The translations under genes and the position numbers were made by a program. A DNA stretch of 64,000 nucleotides, taken from an uncultured Fibrobacterota bacterium (GTDB lineage: Bacteria; Fibrobacterota; Chitinivibrionia; Chitinivibrionales; FEN-1185). The notes beneath the pieces are model-generated. The model saw only the letters and a program-made list of their open reading frames with translations. It was not told the DNA's origin and ran no database searches. This document shows, piece after piece, positions 20,165-29,904 of the stretch. Positions within the stretch are counted from its first letter, which is position 1, and each line of letters begins with the position of its first letter. Where the stretch lies: the NCBI GenBank assembly GCA_963729895.1, contig CAVSQB010000005.1, positions 320,001 to 384,000 of the forward strand, read 5' to 3'.

Positions 20165-22318
20165 ATGGCTGTTCTACCCGCAATCCCGGCGCGCCGGAAT
20201 ACAACGCGAGTCACGGTTCTTGCCGCGTGCGCACTGATCGCCCTTATTGCCGCACAAGGCGCCGGCGCCCAGCCATGGTCGGGCATTCTGAGCCCCGTGC
20301 GCGCGGTCGACTGGAGCGGCGCGGGAGTGCAGGGCGGCATCGTGGACCGGACCACCGTGTATCAGACGTTGAATCCCGGCGTCACGGCCGACCAGATCAA
20401 CGCCGCGATTACCGCCTGCCCGGAAGGCCAGGTGGTGTTTTTGAGCGCCGGGACATACAATTTGTCAAGCGGCATCGTGCTGAAAAGCAACGTTACGGTG
20501 CGCGGCGCAGGCGCCGACAAGACCTTTCTGGTCTTTTCCGGCGTCAATGCCTGCTTCGGCGGGTACAGCGTAGTATGCTTTACGGTAGAGAACCACGTCT
20601 GGGGCGGCGACCCCGACGCGTTGCCCGGCGGATCGAACGCAGCGGTCTGGACCGAAGGGTTCGCCCGGGGAACCATGCAAATCACCCTCGCCGGCGTCGG
20701 CAGTTCGGGCCTCGCGGTGGGGCAGTACATCATCCTCGATCAGGCAAACCTCAGCGCCGACAACGGCGAATTTTTCGTGTGCGACAACACCAATTATCCC
20801 TGCTCGCTCGAAGGGGGCAACGGCGGCCGGGTGATGAATGGAATTCAACACGGCCAGACGCAAATAGTGAAGATCACCGCAATCAACGGAAGCACCTACA
20901 CCATAACGCCGGGGCTCTATGCTCCCAACTGGAGCGACACCCTCTCTCCGGGTGCGTGGTGGGTGCACATGATCCAGTTTGCCGGGCTCGAAGACGTTTC
21001 CATCGATCACAGCACTGCCGCCGGCGAGATCAACGGGATCAGCATGTACGGCGCAATCAACTGCTGGGTCAGGGGAATCCGCTCATTACGGCCCAACCGC
21101 AATCACGTGCAGTTCTGCCTGTCCGCGCATAACACCGTGGCCGACTGTTATTTCAACGGCACGCAGCATGGCGTCTCGGAGAGCTACGGCGTGGAAACCT
21201 ACCTCGGGTCCGATAATCTTGTCGTCAACAATATCTTTCAGCAGGTCACCGCGCCGCAATTGCTGCAGTTGGGCGTGGGAAACGTGGTCGCGTTCAACTT
21301 TTCCATTAAAGACTCCGAGGTCGCCTCCGCGGATTTTCTGTATGGAAGCGCCACGGACCACAACGAGGGCAACGAGTACGACCTGCTTGAAGGAAACGAC
21401 GGGTCCATGTTCGGCGCCGACCTCTTCCACGGCACCGGCGGCCTGAACACCCTTTTCCGCAACCGCTTTACAGGATGGGAGGCGGGCAAGCTGAACAACC
21501 TGATACCCGTCCGCCTCGACTCCTACAAACGGTATTGCAACGTTGTCGGGAATGTCCTGGGCACGGCCGGCATCACCACAAAGTATCAGACGCCGGCCCC
21601 CTACGGCAGCGGCTCCGTGTATTCCCTGGGCAACGGAAATTCCGAGGGCGCGGTGACAGTTCCCGCCGACCCGATGGTGGCTGCCACCCTCATGCGCTGG
21701 GGCAACTACGATGTTGTCAGCGACTCCGCCCGATGGGAAGCGTCTGAGGTGCCGAGCGGGATCGCCAAGTACGCCAACCCCGTTCCCGCGAACAAGACCC
21801 TTCCGCCCTCGTTTTTCCTGTCTGCAAAGCCTTCCTGGTGGCCGCCCGCCATTGCCTGGCCTCCCATCGGGCCGGACGTTTCCGGCGGTACTCTTGCCGG
21901 CCTGGCGGGTCACGCGCACCAGATCCCCGCGTGCAACTGCTACGCAAACGTCATGAACGGGCCCGCGGACGGCAGCGGCGTGCCGCTGAGCTTCAACGCG
22001 GATTCCTGTTACGGGAGCCTGTCGGCGGTCCTGGTCGCCTTGCGCCCCCGGTACGAGGGCGTAGACTTTTCGATCCGCAGGGCCGCCTCGGGCCGCGAAT
22101 GGATAATCACCGTGCGGAACGCCTCCGCGCCGTTCCCGGTGTGCGTGTACGACCTGCGCGGACGGCTCCAAAGGGCCCTTTCCCCTTTCCGCGAATCGCA
22201 GGGCGGCTTCACCTATGTCTGGGACGGGACCGGCAGCCAGGGGCAAAAGTTGACAAAAGGTGTATACGTGATCCGGGGGAACGCGACGGAAGCCGGGAAA
22301 ATGCTGACCATGTTCTAA
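20165..22318 (+). CDS. Secreted parallel beta-helix glycan-active protein (pectate-lyase-3/GH55-like fold) with FlgD/T9SS-like tail
   Basis: Signal peptide; DWSGAGV.GGI, INAAI..C..GQVVFL.AGTY, VTVRGAG; Asn-rich beta-helix repeats; C-terminal YDLRGRL..WDG..GVY. Confidence 0.7.
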   Translation: MAVLPAIPARRNTTRVTVLAACALIALIAAQGAGAQPWSGILSPVRAVDWSGAGVQGGIVDRTTVYQTLNPGVTADQINAAITACPEGQVVFLSAGTYNLSSGIVLKSNVTVRGAGADKTFLVFSGVNACFGGYSVVCFTVENHVWGGDPDALPGGSNAAVWTEGFARGTMQITLAGVGSSGLAVGQYIILDQANLSADNGEFFVCDNTNYPCSLEGGNGGRVMNGIQHGQTQIVKITAINGSTYTITPGLYAPNWSDTLSPGAWWVHMIQFAGLEDVSIDHSTAAGEINGISMYGAINCWVRGIRSLRPNRNHVQFCLSAHNTVADCYFNGTQHGVSESYGVETYLGSDNLVVNNIFQQVTAPQLLQLGVGNVVAFNFSIKDSEVASADFLYGSATDHNEGNEYDLLEGNDGSMFGADLFHGTGGLNTLFRNRFTGWEAGKLNNLIPVRLDSYKRYCNVVGNVLGTAGITTKYQTPAPYGSGSVYSLGNGNSEGAVTVPADPMVAATLMRWGNYDVVSDSARWEASEVPSGIAKYANPVPANKTLPPSFFLSAKPSWWPPAIAWPPIGPDVSGGTLAGLAGHAHQIPACNCYANVMNGPADGSGVPLSFNADSCYGSLSAVLVALRPRYEGVDFSIRRAASGREWIITVRNASAPFPVCVYDLRGRLQRALSPFRESQGGFTYVWDGTGSQGQKLTKGVYVIRGNATEAGKMLTMF

Positions 22319-22324
22319 TGCTTT

Positions 22325-22446
22325 TGGTCGGCTGAGCCGGAAAATATAGATCAAATGATTTTGGATGGCAGTGCCGGGAGAATTTAATACACAGATGCAT
22401 TTGGATGGCTGAGCCGGGTGACCCGCCGCACCGGCTCAGCAAACCA
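22325..22446 (+). repeat. Modular intergenic element, family A locus 3 (minimal, no cargo)
   Basis: Left units at 22325, 22362 and 22402 directly followed by the inverted right unit CCGGCTCAGCAAACCA. Confidence 0.85.
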
Positions 22447-22487
22447 ATGTTTTATCCCGATTCTAGTGCTATTCCTATAAGTAAACC

Positions 22488-22516
22488 TTGACAAAGCCTC
22501 CTCTTCACCTTATACT
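22488..22516 (+). promoter_or_regulatory. Sigma70-type promoter
   Basis: TTGACA-17 bp-TATACT upstream of the 22569 regulator. Confidence 0.75.
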
Positions 22517-22568
22517 AATACTATAGTACAAGCGGAGAACGAGAACGCATACCTGCGGAGAATCGCCC

Positions 22569-23297
22569 GTGGACAGCGCCGTCCCCTATGCCGTCATACA
22601 GTACCTCGCCGGAAGAATACGCCTTCTCATCGTCGAAGACGACGAAAACCTTCTTTCGACGCTCGCCGGGCTGTTTTCAACGTCCTGCATTGCCGTTGCA
22701 CGGGCTTCGAACATCGGTGAGGCGCGAAGCGCGATTGCGCTGCGTGAAGCGCCGTGGCACTGCTGGATCGTGGACCTGTGCCTGGGCGGGAACAAGAACG
22801 CGGGCATGGCCCTGATCGAAGAGCACAATGACTTTCCGTTCGCCATCGTGTATTCCGGGACCGGTTCGATGGAAAACGCCTCCCTCGCCGTCCGGGAGGG
22901 GGCGGGCGCGGTCATTGATAAAGGATACGGCAGCACGGCCAAACTCATCAGGGAAGTGTGCGAGCTGGCGCCGCTGGCCGTCCTTTGCAACGGGAAGATA
23001 TCCAAGAGTAGAGAAGTGCTGTTCCTGCTCAAGAACCAGATCATCCGGCAACCGAAGGAATGGGCCAAAAGATCCGGCATCTCCGTCCGGCAGGTGGAAA
23101 ACATTTGCTCAATGCACGCCGGAATGCCGCCATCCCTCGCGATCCCTTTTTATTACGGCCTGCGGTACCTGCTCGCGATGGAAATAGGCGGCAAGGAGCC
23201 TGTACTCAGGGAAGAGGACCTGTCATTCCAGAAAGGCTGCCTGGATTTTCTGCGGAAGAACCTTCCTGTGTATCAAGATCTACTTCTTTGGCAATAA
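22569..23297 (+). CDS. Response regulator with a partial AraC-like HTH
   Basis: LLIVEDD, IVDL, YSG and DK receiver residues; EWAKRSGISVRQVENIC..HAGMPP HTH-like segment. Confidence 0.72.
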   Translation: MDSAVPYAVIQYLAGRIRLLIVEDDENLLSTLAGLFSTSCIAVARASNIGEARSAIALREAPWHCWIVDLCLGGNKNAGMALIEEHNDFPFAIVYSGTGSMENASLAVREGAGAVIDKGYGSTAKLIREVCELAPLAVLCNGKISKSREVLFLLKNQIIRQPKEWAKRSGISVRQVENICSMHAGMPPSLAIPFYYGLRYLLAMEIGGKEPVLREEDLSFQKGCLDFLRKNLPVYQDLLLWQ

Positions 23298-23628
23298 TTT
23301 TAAGTTCCTTTTCTTTCCTTACGACTCTATTGTTATTTTGAAGGTGCACCGCTTCACGTTCGCTTCTGCGCCCTTCCTCCCGAAATCACTTGGCCCGACC
23401 CGACCCGGAGCTTCGCCGAGGGGAGGGTAACGCCCGATTATCGTGGATTATGTCACGGTTTCCCCGCCAAAATCACTGCCTATCTGCACCACGAAATTGA
23501 TTTCGTCGTCAAATAATGACAAGTGTGGTACAATCAATCTGTATCACAGAAGCGGCCGGGAATCGCCCGACCGCCCGTCTTGATTTTTGTTTGTAAAATT
23601 GCACCGCCCGCAAGAACAAGGAGCACGC

Positions 23629-24291
23629 ATGGCCTCTTCCGGAATACTCGTCGTCGATGATGATGAAATGGTGCTTGAGATATTGAGCCGCCGGCTTATC
23701 CAACAGGGGTACGACGTGAGCGTGGCCTCCGGCGGCCCGGAAGCGTGGGACATGATCCGGGAAAGAGACTTTGAGGTCCTCATCACCGATCTGAACATGC
23801 CCGCCATGACGGGCCAGGAACTGATAGAGAAGGTAAAGGCCCATTCGCCGTCCACGGTGGTCATCGTTCTCACCGGACAAGGGTCGCTCGATTCGGCCCT
23901 TGAGTCCATCCACGCGGGGTGCGACGAATTCCTGCTCAAGCCCCTCCCGGATATCAAGGAAATCGACCTGGTGGTCAGGCGGTGCCTCGACCGGCACCGC
24001 CTGCTCGTGGATGCCCTCGCCTGCAAGCAGGTCATCACCAAGGCCGCCGAGGGACTCGGCGGGCCGGCGCAAAACTTGCTCAATGCGACCAACGGCCTGG
24101 TGTTGTCCCTCAAGCAAAGAAACACCGACAAGATACTCGCGTGCGCGGAGGCGGTCCAGAACGAGATCGAATATATCGTCTGCGTGGCCGAGGAGCTTGC
24201 CGCAAGCTCCAGGAGGCTGAAGGCCGGGGAAAGCCCCGGCAAGCCGGACGGCATGCAGGGACCTCAACGTACCGGCAAACCGGGGAAATAA
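23629..24291 (+). CDS. Response regulator (receiver domain plus short helical extension)
   Basis: ILVVDDD, ITDLNMP, LTG and LLKP motifs; AAGGAG RBS before ATG 23629. Confidence 0.85.
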   Translation: MASSGILVVDDDEMVLEILSRRLIQQGYDVSVASGGPEAWDMIRERDFEVLITDLNMPAMTGQELIEKVKAHSPSTVVIVLTGQGSLDSALESIHAGCDEFLLKPLPDIKEIDLVVRRCLDRHRLLVDALACKQVITKAAEGLGGPAQNLLNATNGLVLSLKQRNTDKILACAEAVQNEIEYIVCVAEELAASSRRLKAGESPGKPDGMQGPQRTGKPGK

Positions 24292-24296
24292 CCGAA

Positions 24297-26645
24297 ATGG
24301 CGATGCCCTCAAAAGAAACTTCCGAAAAGAAATCGGATCGCTCGGTGGATGAGGCCAAGATACGGCGCCTGGCGGCGATAATGCGCGACTCCAACGACGC
24401 GATCACGTTGTCGGACTTGGACGGCCGGATCATCGCCTGGAACCGCGGGGCGGAGCTGATGTACGGCTACACCGAGGAAGAGGCGCTCCGGATGACCATG
24501 TGGCAAATCACGCCCGCTGCCTGCGTCCGGGAGAACAAAGAGTTCATCCGGCGGCTCATGGCGGGCGAAGCGATCGTCTCTTTCGAGACCCAGAGGTCGA
24601 CAAAGGACGGCCGCACCCTTGACATCTGGATGACCGTTACCAAGCTGGTTGACGATGCCGGGAAGCCCATCGGCATCGGCTCCTCCGACCGGGACATCAG
24701 CGGTCGGATACAGGCTGAAAAGGCGTTGCGCGAGGGCGAGGAAAAATACCGGGGCCTGGTGGACAACGCCAACGAGGCCATTCTCGTGGCCCAGGACGGC
24801 CTGCTCAGGTTCGTCAACCGCAAGGCCGGGGAGATTTCGGGCCGCTCCATGGTGGAACTTATGACAAAACCGTTTGCCCACTTCATTCATCCGGAAGACC
24901 GCCAGATGGTGGCGGACAATTATGTGAACCGGATGAAAGGCAAATCCCTGCCACTGCGATACGAGTTCAGGCTGCTGTCCGTTGACGGAAGCGCAAAATG
25001 GGTTGAAATAAGCACGGTGGTAATCGAGTGGGAGCAAAGGCCCGCCACGCTGAATTTTCTCACCGACATCACGGACCGCAAGAACGCGGAAGAAGCGCTG
25101 CGCCAGAGCGAGGAGAAATACCGTACCCTGTTCGACGGCGCCAAGGACGGGATCGCGCTCGCGGATTCGGCGACGGGCGTCATAATCGAGTGCAACCAGG
25201 CGCTGTGCGACATGGTCGAACGGGACAAGCAGGAGCTGCTGGGACAATCGCATTCGGTGCTCCATCCCCCGCAGGAGATCGAAAGCGGCCGATCTTTCTC
25301 CTTTGCAAAGCACAAAGACTCGGACGATCCCGGCCTTGTCACCGAAGACCGGCTCATATCCAAAAGCGGCAAAATCATTCCGGTGGAAATATGCGCGGCC
25401 AGGATCAGGATGAAAGCGCACGACTATCTTATGGGCGTCTTCCGCGACTGCTCGGGCCGTAAACGGCTTGAAGAGGAAAAGGCGCGACTCCAATCCCAGC
25501 TTCTGCAGGCCCAGAAAATGGAAGCGATAGGCGTATTGGCAGGCGGCGTGGCCCACGACTTCAACAATCTCCTTACCGCCATTTCCGGGTACACCACCCT
25601 GGCCATGGGCAAGACGGACGAACTTAATCCCATGTACCGGGACCTGAAACAGGTGGGCGTCGCGGCCGCAAAGGCCGCGGCCATCGTGCGCCAGCTTCTC
25701 CTTTTCGGCAGGAAACAGCACATGGAGCCCGTGCCCATGGACTTCAACGCCACGACCAGCCGCCTCATCAAGATGCTCGACAGACTCATCGGGGAAGACA
25801 TCGCCATCCAGACCTACCTGGAAAAGGACCTCTGGACCATTCTCGGTGACGAGGGAAATATCGAGCAGGTGCTCATGAACCTGTCGGTCAATGCGCGCGA
25901 CGCGATGCCCGATGGCGGAAAATTATTCATCAAGACCGAGAACGTCACCATAGACCGGGAGTATTGCCGCCGTTACAATGCCGGCCGGCCGGGACGCTTT
26001 GTCTGCCTGTCAATAAAAGACACGGGCACGGGCATGGACGAATACACGCAGGAACACATTTTCGAACCGTTCTTCACCACAAAGGACGCGGGCAAGGGAA
26101 CGGGGCTCGGGTTGTCCGTGGTATTCGGCATTGTCCAGCAGCACAACGGCTGGATTACCGTATACTCCGAACACGGACTCGGGGCCACGTTCAAGGTCTA
26201 TTTCCCGTCTTCATCCGCCAGACCCGAAGAACAAAGCCATCAGGAACCCCCCCTTGCCTCCCAGCAGGGAATGGGCGAGCGCATTTTGGTTGTCGAAGAC
26301 AATGCCGAGGTTCGTGAAATTGCAAAGGAAATGCTCACCATAAACGGGTATGCCGTGGTGCCGGTCTCAAGCGCACGCGAGGCGAGGGAACTGTTTGAAA
26401 AGGAAAACGGCGGGTTCGATCTGGTATTCACCGACATGATCCTCACCGATTCCACCGGGGCGCAGCTGGTGGACGGGCTGCTTTCCCGCTGGAAATTCGG
26501 GGTGATCATTGCGAGCGGCTACACCGACGAAAAATCGAACTGGAGCTTGATAAAAGAGAAACGGTACCGGTTCCTCAACAAGCCGTATTCCATGCAGGAG
26601 CTTTTGGCTGCCGTCAAGGACGAGTTGGCGAAAAAGGAGATATGA
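24297..26645 (+). CDS. Hybrid sensor histidine kinase (3 PAS, HisKA, HATPase, REC)
   Basis: PAS repeats; AGGVAHDFNNLL H-box; NARDAM, DTGTGM, FEPFFTTK, GTGLGL; C-terminal receiver domain. Confidence 0.93.
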   Translation: MAMPSKETSEKKSDRSVDEAKIRRLAAIMRDSNDAITLSDLDGRIIAWNRGAELMYGYTEEEALRMTMWQITPAACVRENKEFIRRLMAGEAIVSFETQRSTKDGRTLDIWMTVTKLVDDAGKPIGIGSSDRDISGRIQAEKALREGEEKYRGLVDNANEAILVAQDGLLRFVNRKAGEISGRSMVELMTKPFAHFIHPEDRQMVADNYVNRMKGKSLPLRYEFRLLSVDGSAKWVEISTVVIEWEQRPATLNFLTDITDRKNAEEALRQSEEKYRTLFDGAKDGIALADSATGVIIECNQALCDMVERDKQELLGQSHSVLHPPQEIESGRSFSFAKHKDSDDPGLVTEDRLISKSGKIIPVEICAARIRMKAHDYLMGVFRDCSGRKRLEEEKARLQSQLLQAQKMEAIGVLAGGVAHDFNNLLTAISGYTTLAMGKTDELNPMYRDLKQVGVAAAKAAAIVRQLLLFGRKQHMEPVPMDFNATTSRLIKMLDRLIGEDIAIQTYLEKDLWTILGDEGNIEQVLMNLSVNARDAMPDGGKLFIKTENVTIDREYCRRYNAGRPGRFVCLSIKDTGTGMDEYTQEHIFEPFFTTKDAGKGTGLGLSVVFGIVQQHNGWITVYSEHGLGATFKVYFPSSSARPEEQSHQEPPLASQQGMGERILVVEDNAEVREIAKEMLTINGYAVVPVSSAREARELFEKENGGFDLVFTDMILTDSTGAQLVDGLLSRWKFGVIIASGYTDEKSNWSLIKEKRYRFLNKPYSMQELLAAVKDELAKKEI

Positions 26646-26695
26646 CGCAGTGCATGAAGAATAAAGATCTTACTCTTTCTAAAAGGTAAAGGATC

Positions 26696-27706
26696 ATGAA
26701 CAAATCAAAAATCCTCATTGCAGACGACGACGAAGCGATCAGAAACCTGGTAAAAGAGTACCTGGAACAAAAGGACTTCAAGGTCATCACCGCGGTCAAT
26801 GGAAAGGAAGCCGTGATCCTTGAAGAACAATTGCGGCCCGACCTGGTGATCCTGGACGTGGAAATGCCGGTCATGAGCGGCCTCGAGGCGTGCAAGGTTA
26901 TACGGGGAAAACGCGCGGGCATCCACTATGTGCCCATACTGTTTTTGAGCGGCATTCTGGTGGAAGGGGCGGTCATCATGGGCCTGCAGATAGGCGCGGA
27001 CGACTACGTCCGCAAACCGTTCGAACCGCTTGAACTCCTGAGCAGGATCAACAACTTCATCAGGATCAAGAAATTCATGGAGCAGGTGGAATCCATCGAG
27101 AACGTGGTCTTCTCCCTTGTGAAATCAATCGAAGCTCGGGATTCCTACACCGCGGGACATTCCAGGCGCGTGGCCGAAATCTCCGCGAACATCGGCAAGG
27201 AACTGGGGCTGTCCGCCGAGGAAGTGGAAATCCTCAACAAGAGCTCGCTGCTGCACGACGTGGGGAAAATCGGCGTGCCCGACCTGATCCTCAATAAACA
27301 GGGCAAACTGCTTCAGGACGAGTTCACGCGGATAAAAGAACATCCGGTGAGCGGGGTGGACATCTGCGGGTGCCTGCGGCTCACCGAACACGCACTCGAC
27401 ATCATCCGCCACCACCACGAAAAGCTTGACGGAAGCGGATATCCCGACGGGTTGAAAGAAGACAAGATCAGCAAGTACGTGAGGATCGTCACCGTGGCCG
27501 ACATATTCGACGCCCTCACCACCGACCGGCCCTACCGCGTGTCGAAAAGCATACCCGAGGCGATTTCCATATTGAAAGAGGAATCGTTCCAGGGTAAACT
27601 GGACATGAACATCGTGAATTGCATGGAACGGATCGCCCGCGGAAAAGCGGCAATGCATTGGGAAAAAGCAGGGGCCCAGACAGGTCTGCCCGCCGTGGGA
27701 TCGTGA
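26696..27706 (+). CDS. REC-HD-GYP cyclic dinucleotide phosphodiesterase
   Basis: Receiver domain; HSRRV, HDVGKIG, HHEKLDGSGYP and FDALTTDRPYR motifs. Confidence 0.93.
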   Translation: MNKSKILIADDDEAIRNLVKEYLEQKDFKVITAVNGKEAVILEEQLRPDLVILDVEMPVMSGLEACKVIRGKRAGIHYVPILFLSGILVEGAVIMGLQIGADDYVRKPFEPLELLSRINNFIRIKKFMEQVESIENVVFSLVKSIEARDSYTAGHSRRVAEISANIGKELGLSAEEVEILNKSSLLHDVGKIGVPDLILNKQGKLLQDEFTRIKEHPVSGVDICGCLRLTEHALDIIRHHHEKLDGSGYPDGLKEDKISKYVRIVTVADIFDALTTDRPYRVSKSIPEAISILKEESFQGKLDMNIVNCMERIARGKAAMHWEKAGAQTGLPAVGS

Positions 27707-27821
27707 GGGGGAAGAGAGTTGAAAGGTTGAAGAGTTGAATAGTCAAAAACAGAACAAGAAAACCTGCGTCACTGCGAGGCGCGAAGCAATCTCCTGTTGA
27801 CAAAAGACCCAGGAAAGTATC

Positions 27822-28185
27822 TGGATGGCTGAGCCGGGTGACCCCAAAGTGGAATTAGCTGCTGGAATCCAATCTTATGCTGTGGGGCACCCTCGAAGTG
27901 CAGTTGTTAAGGCCAAGTGCAAGGACCTTCGTTGGTATGTGGGAAATCATGCGTGGGCGCGAGATTTACGGTTGAGAAGTTGATAACCGGGTGTTTCTAG
28001 TGTGCGCGCAGCAGGGGGTTCGGACTTGCCACGGGTACACCCACGCCGCACACGCTCAGCAAACCATACCTTTATTCAGATATCGCCGCACACGCTCAGC
28101 ATACAAAGATATTATCTTGATATCGTTGCACCGGCTCAGCAATGCACAACATTATTTTGAAATTGGTGCACCCGCTCAGAACCCA
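27822..28185 (+). repeat. Modular intergenic element, family A locus 4 with four right units at an exact 40-bp period
   Basis: Left unit at 27822, X at 27985; GCTCAG(C/A) ending at 28060, 28100, 28140 and 28180. Confidence 0.88.
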
Positions 28186-28210
28186 TGTAGTACACATATG
28201 AAAGGAACGT

Positions 28211-28843
28211 ATGAAGAAAAATGTAATCCTCATAGATTATGAGAATGTCCAGAAACACAATCTGAGGCCGCTGCTTAATCATGACATCCTGATAAAGGTT
28301 TTCTATGGTGAAAACCAGAAGTTCACGAGCGAATTCACCAGGCTTGCCTTGGAATTCGGCAAGGAGAAATTCGAGCTGATAGGAATAAAGGGCCAGGGAA
28401 AGAACGCTGCGGATTTCCACATCGCGTACTACATCGGCAAGCTTTCAAAAGAGATTCCGAATTCGCTCTTCAATATTATTTCCAGAGACACGGGGTTCAA
28501 GGTGCTTGCGGATTTCCTGAATCAAGTACAGGGCATATCCTGCATGGTAGTGCCGTCCATCGCAGACATACCGTCATTGAAATCCGTTGCGCCCGGCGCC
28601 AAACCGGTTGCGCCCGCGGCCGGGCCCGTTGCGGCTAAGGCGGGCGAGGACTGGTATGCACTGGTCAAGGGAAAATTGACCAATGCAAGAGGCCATAAGC
28701 CAAAGAACAAGAAAACGCTGCGGAACCAGATAATCAGCATTTGCAAAAGAAAGATAAACGAGAGAGATGCGGATGTGATTATACAGAAGCTGGTTGATAA
28801 TAGGGTGATTGAATGCAGGAATGAGGAGATACTGTATGGATAG
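28211..28843 (+). CDS. PIN-like domain protein (PIN_7-type) with C-terminal helical domain
   Basis: LIDYENV, GKNAADFHIAYYIG, IISRDTGF and KPKNKKTLRNQI motifs; visibly AT-richer than core genes. Confidence 0.8.
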   Translation: MKKNVILIDYENVQKHNLRPLLNHDILIKVFYGENQKFTSEFTRLALEFGKEKFELIGIKGQGKNAADFHIAYYIGKLSKEIPNSLFNIISRDTGFKVLADFLNQVQGISCMVVPSIADIPSLKSVAPGAKPVAPAAGPVAAKAGEDWYALVKGKLTNARGHKPKNKKTLRNQIISICKRKINERDADVIIQKLVDNRVIECRNEEILYG

Positions 28844-29904
28844 GATGCAAAAGGCGGCGGGGATGTGATATGTCGAATGCAAATCCAAGAGTTGGAAGGG
28901 CCTGGTCGGCCCTTAGCAGGGTGTTGAAAAAGTCTCCCTTTTGTAAACATTTATCCTTATATTATAGGGGAACCCGAACCAAGGAGTATTGATGAGAGGT
29001 TCCCAGCCAGCCCAAGGCGGTATGTTCAGCTTCGTTTCTCCGGATTCCCGAGTGCCGGCAACGCACCCGCTTCGTCGTGTCAAACAGTTTACGGACATAG
29101 CGCTGCGCCGCCTTTCTCGTGACTTTGAGGCGATGTACAGCCGGATGGGACGCCCTTCGATACCGCCGGAATGGCTTTTGAAAGCACAGATATTGATGGC
29201 TTTGTTTTCGATACGGTCGGACCGGTTGTTTTGCGAGATGCTGGACTATAACATTCTGTTCCGATGGTTTCTTGACATGGATCTGGATGCGGCATCGTTT
29301 GATCATAGTGTGTTTTCGAAGAACCGAGATCGACTTATGGAACAGGAGATTGCGCACCGGCTGATGCAGGAAATCGTGCGTCTTGCTCGTTCCGAAGAGT
29401 TGTTGTCCGATGAGCATTTCACGGTTGACGGCACGTTGATTGAAGCCTGGGCATCGATGAAGAGCTTCAAGCGAAAAGACGCGGAATCGGCGAACAAGAC
29501 TGACGATGATCGGAGTAATCCGTCGGTTGATTTCCACCATGAGAAGCGAAGCAATGAGACACATCAGAGTTCGACCGATCCAGAGGCGCGGTTGGCTCGG
29601 AAGAACAAGAGAACGGGAGCGCAGCTGGCGTATTCCGGTCACGTGCTGATGGAAAACCGAAATGGGTTGTGTGTTGATATCGCCATTGCGCCAGCGACGG
29701 GGACAGCGGAACGGGATATGGCGCTTGAGCTGATAAAGCATGAACGCAGGCGCGGAAAACGCCGGATGAAGACGGTGGGTGCAGACAAAGGGTATCATGC
29801 AACCGAATTTATCAAGAGCCTGCGACGCCTGCACGTGAAGCCTCACATTGCCGAGAAGGCCAACACTTCGCTTAAAGGGTTGGATGGAAGAACGACTCGG
29901 CATA

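Noticed and set aside
27714..27744. Short GTTGAA-containing 8-bp tandem repeat
   Set aside because: Only three degenerate units with no second occurrence, which is too little to interpret.
28044..28185. CRISPR array reading of the 40-bp periodic repeats
   Set aside because: The linkers are homologous to each other (ATATTATCTTGATAT-like) rather than unique, the cores are short and degenerate, the units are dispersed across many loci, and no cas genes are present.
28044..28843. Type III toxin-antitoxin (repeat RNA antitoxin upstream of a nuclease)
   Set aside because: The same repeats occur beside many unrelated genes, there is no terminator between array and gene, and the protein is PIN-like rather than ToxN/CptN/TenpN-like.
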